The notes beneath the pieces are model-generated. The model searched no databases and was not told the DNA's origin. It saw nothing but the letters and a program-made list of their open reading frames with translations. A program made the position numbers and the translations under genes. A stretch of DNA of 61,234 nucleotides, counting the filler, from Chiloscyllium plagiosum (Eukaryota): the NCBI RefSeq assembly GCF_004010195.1. It is 3 parts of one record of this genome, joined end to end, with 100 filler letters (N's around TTAATTAATTAA, not from the genome) between each part and the next. Parts side by side here need not be neighbours in the genome. Positions count along the whole stretch, not along the records: positions 38,315 to 61,234 come from NC_057715.1; 2 more parts are not named here. One strand, 5' to 3'. Positions 50,333 through 61,234 of the stretch are shown piece after piece (within the stretch, counting starts at the first letter, position 1; each line of letters starts with the position of its first letter).

Positions 50333-51643
50333 CGGTTAAAATTCAACACCAGCATGAAACACCTGATGCATTACACAGGGAATGCTGCCCTGTTGGGGGT
50401 GCTGTGTCTCTGAAGGACAGACTCTATGAGATCCTGCAACCAATCATTTGAACAAGGTGGAAATAAATGGCCTGGTCTTTGAAGACATTTCTGTTTTTGG
50501 GAGCTTTCCAGTTTCAGTTGTCTTCTTTTAGACAAAGACATGTACAAAAGCAAAAAAAAAAGCTGTGCTTATAAAATTACCTTTCACAACATCTCAAAAT
50601 ACTATAGGAAACAAGACAGCCAATTTAGTACATTTGAACTTAAGTATATAAGAATAAAGGTGGCAGATTTAAAACAGAGATATGGAGAAATTACGTCTCT
50701 CAAAGGGTTGTGAATCTGTGGAATTCGCTTCTCCAGGTTGTGGTGGATACTGGGACATTGAGTAAGTTTAAGGAGGAGATGGATATTTAATTAGTTTGGA
50801 GGATTATGGAGAATGGGCAGGAAAGTGGGGTTGAGGCCAACATGAAATCAGCCATGATCATATTAAATAGTGGAGCAGACTTGAAAGGCTGAATGGTCTA
50901 TTCCCGCTCCTAGTTCTTACATTCTATATGCAAATTGTCTCCTTGTCTCCTATAGTACAACAGTGACTGCAAACTGCTTTGAGATGTTGTTAAAGGCACT
51001 TCATCAAACACAACTGTTTTTGTGTCTTTGCAAGTATCATTGCCAAAAAAAAGACCCTTGAAACAGGAAAACAGACTGCGATCAACTGACATGTCTTCAA
51101 AAGTGTGAAAAACCGCACAGACTTACAAAGAGGCACAGGCATATTAAAGCAGGCTTCATAAGTCACTTCACTCTCGAACAAAGCATGATTTAAACCTTCA
51201 TGTGACTTGCACTGGGGTGAGACAGACCTGGTTATGTTTCAGTCTTTGACCTTACAAACCTGTAGGTTTTGATGGAATGGTAATCAGGATGGTGGAGCTG
51301 GGTTAGGTAGAGATACGGGGTCGTTCTGCATAGAGTAGAAAAGCACAAGGGGGCATTTCATAGAAATGTTATGAATTTTGAGGGGTCAGTGTTTAATAAG
51401 CATTGATGGAGGCGTGCAGGGAATCTATTTTTAATGGCAGGAGGGTTGTTAACCTGAGGAAACACATTTAAAATAACTACAAGCCAGGGGTATATTCTTT
51501 TCCGCACTGGGTTGTCATGGTTGGAAAGGGTGGTGAGATTAGCAATGGTAACTTTCAAAAGAGATATTTACTTCGAAAAGAAAAGTTGGAATGCTAAAGT
51601 AAAAGAGCAATGATTTGTTCGGATCTGGACTGCAAATGGAGAC

Positions 51644-52260
51644 ATCTGGACCAAATGGGCCGATGGGCTGAGAAGTGGCAGATGGAGTTTAATTCAGATA
51701 AATGTGAGGTGCTGCATTTTGGAAAAGCAAATCTTAGCAGGACTTATACACTTAATGGTAAGGTACTAGGGACTGTTGCTGAACAAAGAGACCTTGGAGT
51801 GCAGGTTCATAGCTCCTTGAAAGTGGAGTCGCAGGTTGATAGGATAGTGAAGAAGGCATTTGGTATGCTTTCCTTTATTGGTCAGAGTATTGAGTACAGG
51901 AGTTGGGAGGTCATGTTGCAGCTGTACAGGATATTGGTTAGGCCACTGTTGGAATATTGCATGCAATTCTGGTCTCCTTCCTATCAGAAAGATGTTGTGA
52001 AACTTGAAAGGGTTCAGAAAAGATTTACAAGGATGTTGCCCGTGTATGGAATGAGCTACCAGAGGATATGGTGGAGGCTGGTACAATTGCAACATTTAAG
52101 AGGCATTTGGATGGGTATATGAATAGGAAGTGTTTGGAGGGATATGGGCTTGGTGCTGGCAGGTAGGGCTAGATTAGATTGGGATATCTGGTCGGCATGG
52201 ATGGGTTGGACCGAAGGGTCTGTTTCCGTGCTGTACATCTCCATGACTCTATGACTCTAT
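51644..52260 (+). mobile_element. CR1 fragment with an internal deletion near 52040
   Basis: ORF 51610-52122; RFTRMLP joins directly to the VWNEL region. Confidence 0.9.
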
Positions 52261-53299
52261 GTTCAACTGAGGCAATCAAGAGGGCACTGGATGGTTATTT
52301 GCATAGTAATGGTGTGCAGGGAACAGACAGGAGATTTCCACTAGGTAATACAACCAGACAATTGAGCTGGTAGTGGGTCAAATGGCCTCCTTCTACACTA
52401 CAATAATTCTGTGATTCTGGGCGTGTCAGTCAGATGGAACTAATTGGTGACTGTTTCAGAGAGCTGGGACAGGCTTAATAAACCAAATAGCCTCCTTCAG
52501 TCTGAGAGTCATAGAGTCATACAGAACGGAATCAGATCCTTCGGTCCAACCAGTCCCTGTCGAACATAATCCCAGACTAAGCTAATCCTGCACTCACATC
52601 CACCACTTCTTTAGGAAGTTTATTCCACACGCGAACCACTTTTTGTGTAAAAGGTTTGCTCCCGTGTCTTTTTAAAACCTCTTTCCTCTCAGTCATTCTT
52701 TGATTTTTACAATCACCAATGGCTTTTGTAATCAGTGCTTTTCAAGCTATTTTTAATTCAAGCTGATACCGTGTCAATCATATCGATGTTATACAATTAA
52801 CAAGGGAAACAGCTGGGCAAATGATTTCAGAACTTGGGACCCAGGGCAGCTAAAGATCAGACCTCTACTGGCAGGCTTTTGGACACAGGGATGTATACGG
52901 TGCCAAAGTGCTGACTTTAGATCTCATACACAAGTCTCGAGAGCAGGGCTTAAAACCACATGTTCTGACTCAGAACTAAAGTGCTAACAACTGAACCAAA
53001 CCTGACAGGTTTCTCTAGGTGAAATGACAATTCATTTCCTGCTAGCTTTTGCTGCTTTTCCACAAATGACAACCTCAAGAGAAAGGGACATACGTCAACT
53101 CAACTATTTACCAGAATTTTTCCCCAGCTGGTCTCATCTCTTTACTTCCTTATTTTTCTAAGTTTCTTTTCCCTAAGAATTTGCACTTAAGAATCTGTAC
53201 CTAGGCACCTTTGTTAGTGGTGACTTGTAATCTTTTCACGGCACTCAGTCGAATATATATGACAATGAAATCTAACTCTAATTCATCTTTTAATAACTG

Positions 53300-53615
53300 G
53301 GGTGACAGGGTGGCTCAGTGGTTAGTACTGCTGCCTCACAGCACTAGCATCCCAGGTTCAATTCCAGCCTCAGGGGATTATCTGTGTGGAGTTTGCACAT
53401 TCTCCCCGTGTCTGTGTGGGTTTCCTCTGGGTGCTCTGGTTTCCTCCCACAGTCCAAAGATGTGCAGATCAGGTGAATTGGCCATGCTAAATTGTCCCTA
53501 GTGTTAGGAGCATTAGTCAGAGGGGAAATGGGTCTGGGTGGGTTACCCTTTGAAGGATCGGTGTGACTGGTTGGGCCAAAGGGCCTGCTTCCACACTGAA
53601 GGGAATCTAATCTAA
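53300..53615 (+). mobile_element. Family A SINE
   Basis: A/B boxes, core, (TAATC)n tail. Confidence 0.9.
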
Positions 53616-54439
53616 TATCCACAGCTTAAGTTCTTTGAAATTCTCACATTTTCTTGGGGTTAGCTACAGGTCACAAATGGTCCTGTTCTCACTAAGATTG
53701 TGACCGGCGAAACTTGACCACAAAATTAATTGCATACATCAGTCAACGCAAACTATTTCCAGGAGTATTTTCACTCATTTCCACAATCTTTTCTGAACCA
53801 GGGGAATGACTGTTTCTAGCTTGCAGTTTCCATTAGAGTCACCGTGGCTGCAAATGACTTTTGCTGAAAATGCCATTCTTATTATGATGGCTTTTTCTAC
53901 CGACCTATCACAGGACAAAGGCAAAATACTGCAGATGCTAGAAATCTGAAGCAAATGCAGAGACATGCTGGAGAAACTCAGCAGCATCTGTGAAGAGAGA
54001 AACAGAGTTGATGTTTCGAGTCCAGGGCGACTCCTGTTCAGACCCTGTGATACAGAGAGCTTTTGCAGAAGTCATATCTGGCTCACAACATTATCACTGC
54101 TTCTCTCTCCACAGATAATACTGGGTTACTCCAGCATTCTTTGGGTTTGGTTTATAGAGTCATAGTGCTGTTATAGCGCAGAAAGAGGTTCTTTGGCCCA
54201 TCATTTCCGTGCAAGTCATCAAACATTCATCTATTCTCATCCCATTTTCTGGCACTTGGCCCTTAGTCTTACATGCTATAGCAATTGATGTGTCTGATTA
54301 ATTAGCTCTTGAATATTTTAAGATTCCCACCTCTACCACATTTTCAGGCAGTGAGCAAGAGATGCCCACAACACTTGTGTGAAATCTTTCTTCCTTAAAT
54401 CCCCTTTAAATCACTGGTGCCTGACCTTAAATCTATGAC

Positions 54440-54538
54440 CGGATAACATAGTTTAGCCGAGCATCTGGACATTGCAAGCTTGCTGGATAATCCGATATTC
54501 GGATAATCAAATGCCAGGTAATCAAGGTTCCTCTGTAT
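54440..54538. mobile_element. DNA-transposon end, Tigger/pogo-like TIR fragment
   Basis: Repeated GGATAATC submotifs ending AGGTTCCTCTG-TA. Confidence 0.5.
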
Positions 54539-54539
54539 A

Positions 54540-55710
54540 CTCAATGACCTGGCCTCCACAGCCTTTTGTGACAATGAATTCCATAGATTCACCACTCTCT
54601 GGTTGAAGAAGTTTCTCTTTATCTCCATTCTAAAAGGTCTTCCCTTTACTCTCAGGCTGTGCCCTCACGTCCTAGTCTCTCCTACCAATGGAAACATCTT
54701 CCCAACATCTACTCTGTCCAGGCCATTCAATATTCTATATATTTCAATTTGATTCCTCCTCATCCTTCTAAACTTGATTGAGTATAAACCCTGAGTCATC
54801 AAACATTCCTTATATGTTAAGCTTTTCATTCCAGGGACCATTCTCGTGAACCTTATCTGAACATGCTCCAGAGCCTGTACATCTGTCCTAAGGTATGAGG
54901 CCCAAGACTGCATACAATACTCCAAATGTGGCCTGACTAGAGCCTTATAGAGCCTCAGAAGTACATCCCTGCTTTATATTCAAGTCTTCATAAAATAAAT
55001 GTCATCATTGCATTTGCCTTCCTATCTACTGACTCAACCTGCAAGTTGGTGGGCAGCACGTTGGCACAGTGGTTATCACTGCTGCCTCACATCGCCGGAG
55101 ACCCGGGTTCAATTCCCACCTCAGGCGACTGACTGTGTGGAGTTTGCACGTTCTCCCCGTGTCTGCGTGGGTTTCCTCCGGGTGCTCCGGTTTCCTCCCA
55201 CAGTCCAAAGATGTGNNNNNAAGGGGTAAATGTAGGGGTATGGGTGGGTTGCGCTTTGGCGGGTCGGTGTGGACTTGTTGGGCCGAAGGGCCTGTTTCCA
55301 CACTGTAATGTAATGTAATCTAATCTAATTTACCTTGAGAGAATCCTGGACTAGAATCTCAAGTTTCTTTGCACTTCAGATTTCTGAATTTTCTCCCCAT
55401 TTAGAAAATCCTCCATGCCTCTACTCTTCTTCCCACATTGTACTACATCTGCCACTTCTTTGCCCACTCTCCTAACCTGTCCTTTTGCAGCTTCCCCGCC
55501 TCCTCAATGCCACCTGTCCGTCTACCCACCTTTGTATCATCTGCAAACTTAGCCGGAATGCCCATAATTCCTTTATCTAGATCGTTAATGTATAACATGA
55601 GAAGCTGTGGTCTCAGCACTGAGCCTTGAGGAACACCACGTAGCATCAACTGTCATCCTGAGAAGGACCCTTTTTGTGCTTTGCTTTCTACCAGGCAGCC
55701 AAGCTTCTAT
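54540..55710 (-). mobile_element. CR1 ORF2 fragment, antisense, with a family A SINE nested at about 55051-55329
   Basis: GVPQGSVL, AKFADDTK, EYCMQSW and FFNQRVVNLWNSL on the minus strand. Confidence 0.9.
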
Positions 55711-55889
55711 CCTTTTTATTATATTCAAAAAAGATTGTTAAACTAACATCAAACATTGGTTACACCACTATCAGAGGATTGTGAATAACTCAGGTCTCCA
55801 TAGTTTAAAAGTGACTTACAGACACTGGAAAAGATCCAATAAAGGTTCATTGGGATATACCAGAATGGTGAGGCGATAACTATTAAGAA

Positions 55890-56175
55890 ATTTAGGGTGA
55901 GAGGGGAAAGGCATAAAAGAGACCTAAGGGGCAACTTTTTCACGCAGAGGGTGGTACGTGTACGGAATGAGCTGCCAGAGGATGTGATGGAGGCTGGTAC
56001 AATTGCAACATTTAAGAGGCATTTAGATGGGTATATGAATAGGAAGGGTTTGGAGGGATATGGGCCAGGTGCTGGCAGGTGGGACTAGATTGGGTTGGGA
56101 TATCTGGTCGGCATGGAAGGGTTGGACCGAAGGGTCTGTTTCCGTGCTGTACATCTATATGACTCTATGACTCTA
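55890..56175 (+). mobile_element. Short CR1 3' end
   Basis: FFTQRVVRVRNELP followed by a (CTATGA)n tail. Confidence 0.9.
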
Positions 56176-56924
56176 AATACTGAACATGTTTGGACTCTTT
56201 TATTCTAGAAAATGAAGGCTGAGTGGTGACCTGATTGAAGTTATTGAAATTACAGGTCAGTTTGATTGATCACAGTTAGAGAAGAAACTTCCAATTTTTG
56301 AGGAGACCCAAAATAGATGCCATCAATATGAGATGAACGCCCCAATAATATCTAACAAGGGACACAGGAGAAATGCCTTTACCCAGAGAGTTGCCCCAAG
56401 GTTCAGTTGAGATGAATGCTTCACTGCCTGGCCCTGTGCTGTATGAGTCCAGCAAAGCACACCTTTACATACGCTTCCATAGCTAGCTTTCTCCAGGAGA
56501 AGTTCACTCATCTCTCACTGGAAACCATTGATTGAGGGGCACCACTCCACATCAAACGTGGACAACCAGGAGACACTCCCACTTTTGCCACATGCTGTAG
56601 CTGTATTGCAAGGATTAGCAGGTCAATGGTCACAGATTGGCTACATTGTGATCGCACCTCCTTAACCATCAAGACCAGGACTGGGATTCGAATCCAATGT
56701 TTCCTTTCAGAGGCAGGAATGGTACCAACTGTTTCACAGTGCTTCCCACTGAGGTGAACAACAGAGACAGATTCAAGTGAAAGGTTCAAGGGAGAAGCAG
56801 AAGAACATGTTCAATAGCGTTATGTGGAATTGGGTGCAAGGAGGCATTGTTTTGTACTAACACCAGTATAGATCTGTTGTAATGGATCTTTTGGTCCAAC
56901 TGGTCTGTGTTGGTGCTTATGCCA

Positions 56925-57255
56925 AGGTGATGGCCAAGTGGTATTGTCAATGGACTGTTAATCCAGAGACCCAGGCTGGGGACCCGGGTTTGAATCCCAC
57001 CACAGCAGATGGTGGAATTTAAATTCAAAAAAAATCTGGAACTAAGAATCTAATGGTGTCTCTGAATTGTTGGGAAAAGCCCATCTGATTCACTACTGTC
57101 CTTTAGGGAAGGAAACTGCCTTCCTTACCTGGTCTGGCCTACATGTGACTCCAGACCCACAGCAATGTAATTTACTCTTAACTGCCCTCTGGGCAATTAG
57201 GGGTGAGCAATAAATGCTGGCCTAGCATCTGTGAATGAAGGAATGAATTAGAAAA
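56925..57255 (+). mobile_element. Family B SINE
   Basis: Matches the 2800 and 44390 copies. Confidence 0.8.
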
Positions 57256-57317
57256 AAAAAACACACAACCCCTCACCCACTATGCTTTATCCAATACTGC
57301 CAGTATGGACCTTTGTA

Positions 57318-58145
57318 CAATCTAGTCCCACCTGCCAGCACCCGGCCCATATCCCTCCAAACCCTTCCTATTCATATACCCATCCAGATACCTCTTAAAT
57401 GTTGCAATTGGACCAGCCTCCACCACATCCTCTGGCAGCTCACACATACCACCCTCTGCCCCTTAGGTCTCTTTTATATCTTTCCCCTCTTACCCAGAAC
57501 CCTTTAGTTCTGGACTCCCCGGCCCCAGGGAAAAGACTTTGCCTATTTATCCTATCCATGCCTCTCATGATTTTATAAAGCTCTGTAAGGTCACATCTCA
57601 GCCTCCGAGGCTCCAGGGAAAACACCCCCAGCCTGTTCAGCCTCTCCCTGTAGCTGTGGGGGCAAAGACTCACAACCCTCTGAGAGAAGAAATTCCTCCT
57701 CAGCTCAGTCTTAAATTGATGCCCCCTGTATTCTGAGACTGTGCCCTCTGGTCCTACACTCTTCCCATGATGGGAAACATTCTCTCTCAGCATTTAACCT
57801 GCCAAACCCCTTAGGGATTCTATATGCTCCAATTGAGGTCACCTCTCAGTCTTCTAACTCTAGTGAGTCCCAATCTGTTTAGCCTTCACTCATGAGACAG
57901 TCCCTCACTGGAAATTATCCTGCTCAACCTTCTTTGAAGTGCCTCCAATGAAATAATATATTTCTTTAAATAAGGGGACCTGAACTGCTCACAGATGTGT
58001 TTCTGTATTGGATTTATTAATGGTTATCTCATGTTCATGATGTCTAGCACAGATCTCCTCCACAAATGGAAATATCTTCTCTCCTTCTACCCTATCGAGC
58101 CTGTTCATTATTTGAAAGACCTCTATGAGGTCACCCCTCAACCTT
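57318..58145 (-). mobile_element. Stacked antisense CR1 3' fragments
   Basis: ORF 57440-57793 is a chimera of two CR1 C-terminal segments. Confidence 0.8.
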
Positions 58146-59148
58146 CATCAGTGGAGACTTTTGACCCAGTAATTCTTAAATTATTGTTGCGAGCTTATAA
58201 ATGCAAGCGGGAAATGCAAATCTTTTGATTGTTTGAGGCACTCCGCATGGTTTATGGGGAGTTGTGGTTCTTGCAAAATTAACCACTGGGAGACTGTGAG
58301 AAATCTTGAATCCAAAAGCAGATCTCATACTCTGCAGTGACAAAATTGAATTATCTTTACATAAACCACATTTAGTTATGTGTTTATTTGATTTTACCAC
58401 ATTGCCACTGTGGTACTGATCAAGCTGTGTTTAAAAGTTTCTCAGCTCAGTTAGAAGCTGTTAAGTGAATGGACACACAGTGAGGGAAATTCTAAAAATT
58501 AACAGAAAGTTGGCAGGTATTGAGGAGACTGTGAGTCCTGAATAAATTTAGGAGAAGTCACGTTTCCTGACCCCGAAACATAATGCCAGTCCCTTCACTC
58601 TCACTGGGTCACATTCCTGGATTTACCTCTCTGACCCACTTGAGAGTATCTCTACATACCCTGGCTGTGTCAGCTCAAGTTGAAGAGAACTCATTGCCTT
58701 CTCTGGGGCAATAAGAGATGGGCAATAAATCGGAGCTTTGGCAATAGTGCTAACACCTCAGGAATAAATTTATTTTTGAAGAAATCACCTTGGAAATCGT
58801 TGGTTCAGCCTGGCACTCAGCAACACCACGCAGCAGCCTACATCGGTGAGTCCCTCATCTCAAAATATTGAGGGCACAGGTTCAGCTCACTGCATTGATC
58901 CCATGCCTTCAGTCATTCTTGCCATTCTGTGCTTTCACAATTAATCAGGTTGTTCCATTATCATGTCAAATTGTGACCTTTCAGTGACCTCCCCAGATTA
59001 GTTGAAATGTCAATGGGAGCACAGCCCCTCCAGTGTGAGATGAGTAGAATCATGATCACACTGCTGCACTCATTAATCTCAAAGCCTGTAATCACCTCTC
59101 CAAACAATTCTTCATTCACAGAATGTTGATGTCACCGGCTGGGCCAGC

Positions 59149-59478
59149 TGGGTGCTCCGGTTTCCTCCCACAGTCCAAAGATATGCAGGTTAGGGTGAAT
59201 TGGCCATGCTAAATTGCCCATAGTGTAAGGTACATTAGTCAGAAGGAAATGGATCTGGGTGGGTTACTCCTCAGAGGGTCAGTGTGGACTTGGGTCGAGG
59301 GGCTTGTTTCCACACTGTACGGAATCTAATCTAAATTGCCCATAGTGTTCAGGGATGTGGGGGTTAGGGGTACATATAGAGTAATGGGGAATGGGTTTGG
59401 GTGGGATACTCTTCAGAGGGTTGGTGTGGACTTGTTGGGCCAAAGAGCTTGTTTCCCATACCGTAGGGATTCTATGAT
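59149..59478 (+). mobile_element. Family A SINE pieces with a duplicated 3' half, inside an antisense family B SINE
   Basis: CTAAATTGCCCATAGTGT occurs at about 59209 and 59331, each followed by a tail. Confidence 0.75.
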
Positions 59479-60300
59479 TTATTGCCCATCCCTAATTGCC
59501 CAGAGGGCATTTATGAGTCAACTACATTGCTGTGGGTCTGGAGTCACATGTAGGCCAAACCAGGTTAAGATAGATTGATTGATTGTTTTGTGTATTTGTT
59601 ACAAGTACAGTGAAAAATGTTGTATCAAGTCACTGCTCTACAGTGCCATCATATACACACAGATTAACCAGACGTGGAGTGCAAAGTTAGAAATAAAGTT
59701 AAAAGGTTCAATGTTACAATCCTTCTGAAGTGCCGAGGCATGGGTCTGGATCCAAGCTCCTCCACCAAAATGAAGCAGTCAAACATCCTCGAGTCCCTTC
59801 GCTGCACAACCACCGCAGAACTGCGTCACCATCCATTGGCACCATCTTACCTCTATCGACAACGTCAACATCATGTGTCTGCACTGGGCCAATCCTGGCA
59901 ATGCAGCCACTGCATTGGCATCAGGCACTGGATCCGAATTTGCCTCCCTCTGCAGGCAACTGGAACAAACCTTCCCTCTGAGGTACTGCTCACTTCAATG
60001 TCATCCCAGCTCTCCACAGGAAGGTAAGTAAGTCAAGTTAAAGTTTATTAAAAAAGCAAAGAAGGAAAAGGAAAGGAAAATCAGATCGAGAGGATGGGCT
60101 TTGCTGCTACCCGGCCAGCATCTTGACCAAAAGATAGGACTTCCTTTCCTAAATGATGTCAGGAAAGCAGTAAGGCTTGTTTTCATCACAATCAGCTACA
60201 GTTCCATGGTCTTATTAGATTCTTAATGTCAAATATTTCACTGAATTCAAGTTCCCCAGCAGGGTCCCCAAAACATTACCTGGGTTTCTGGTTTATAAGT

Positions 60301-61234
60301 TGAGAGGTTGGAGTGGGGGAGGGGGGTCTCACCCTCACAACGCGCAGCCCTCCAATCCCTCTGCTCCAATCCTGACCTCACCATCAAGCCAGCGGACAAA
60401 GGGGGCGCAGTGGTAGTCTGGCGCACTGACCTCTACATCGCTGAAGCCAAACGCCAACTCGAGGACACCTCTTCCTACCACCCCCTTGACCATGACCCCA
60501 CCCCACATCACCAAACCATCATCTCCCAGACCATACAGAACCTCATCACCTCAGGAGATCTCCCACCCACAGCTTCCAACCTCATAGTCCGGGAACCCCG
60601 CACTGCCCGGTTCTACCTCCTTCCCAAGATCCACAAGCCTGACCACCCTGGCCGACCCATTGTCTCAGCATGCTCCTGCCCAACTGAACTCATTTCTACC
60701 TACCTCGACACTGTCCTATCCCACCTAGTCCAGGAACTCCCCTCATACGTTCGTGACACCACCCATGCTCTCCACCTCCTCCAAGACTTCCGTTTCCCCA
60801 GCCCCCAACGCCTCATCTTCACCATGGATATCCAATCCCTCTACACCGCCATCCGCCATGACCAGGGCCTCCAAGCCCTCCATTTTTCCTCTCCAGATGT
60901 CCCCAACAGTACCCCTCCACCGACACTCTCATTCGTTTGGCCGAACTGGTCCTCACCCTTAACAATTTCTCCTTTGAATCCTCCCACTTCCTCCAGACCA
61001 AAGGGGTAGCCATGGGCACACATATGGGCCCCAGCTATGCCTGTCTCTTGGTTGGCTACGTAGAACAGTTGATCTTCCGTAATTACACCAACACCACTCC
61101 CCACCTCTTCCTCCGCTACATTGATGACTGCATTGGCACCACCTCGTGCTCCCGCGAGGAGGTTGAGCAATTCATCAACTTCACCAACACATTCCACCCT
61201 GACCTTAAATTTACCTGGACCATCTCCGACACCT
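60301..61234 (+). mobile_element. Penelope-like element reverse transcriptase, one frameshift near 60885; runs off the window end
   Basis: PADKGGAVVV, FYLLPKIHK, PGRPIVS and FTMDIQSLYT motifs; after the shift, QTKGVAMGTHMGP and LRYIDD (61117-61128). Confidence 0.93.

Noticed and set aside
58476..58503. CACAGTG heptamer as an RSS
   Set aside because: No good nonamer at 12 or 23 nt spacing (best about 5/9).

Overview
Repeat-dense, non-coding vertebrate DNA with four assembly gaps. The repeat families (HE1/V-SINE-like SINEs, HER1/CR1 LINEs, Penelope-like elements) point to a cartilaginous fish, probably a shark; this is inference from the repeats. I found no convincing host protein-coding exon, so the window is intergenic or lies within a very large intron. 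It holds many CR1 LINE fragments, two tRNA-derived SINE families, Penelope-like elements (PLEs) of at least four sequence families, two solo LTRs with target-site duplications (TSDs), a decayed L1-like 5' end, Tigger-like MITE remnants, a 6.8 kb 26-bp minisatellite and a 0.94 kb 38/39-bp minisatellite. The most interesting signals are: (1) minimal type I hammerhead ribozyme motifs in several PLE families, two of them apparently intact; (2) short PLE-derived fold-back elements inserted as units with 13-17 bp TSDs; (3) several local templated duplications, including a 216-bp inverted copy pasted into a CR1 from about 3.5 kb away; (4) a few unique islands with clustered transcription-factor motifs. 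Boundaries of old repeats were read by eye and are approximate (tens of bp).
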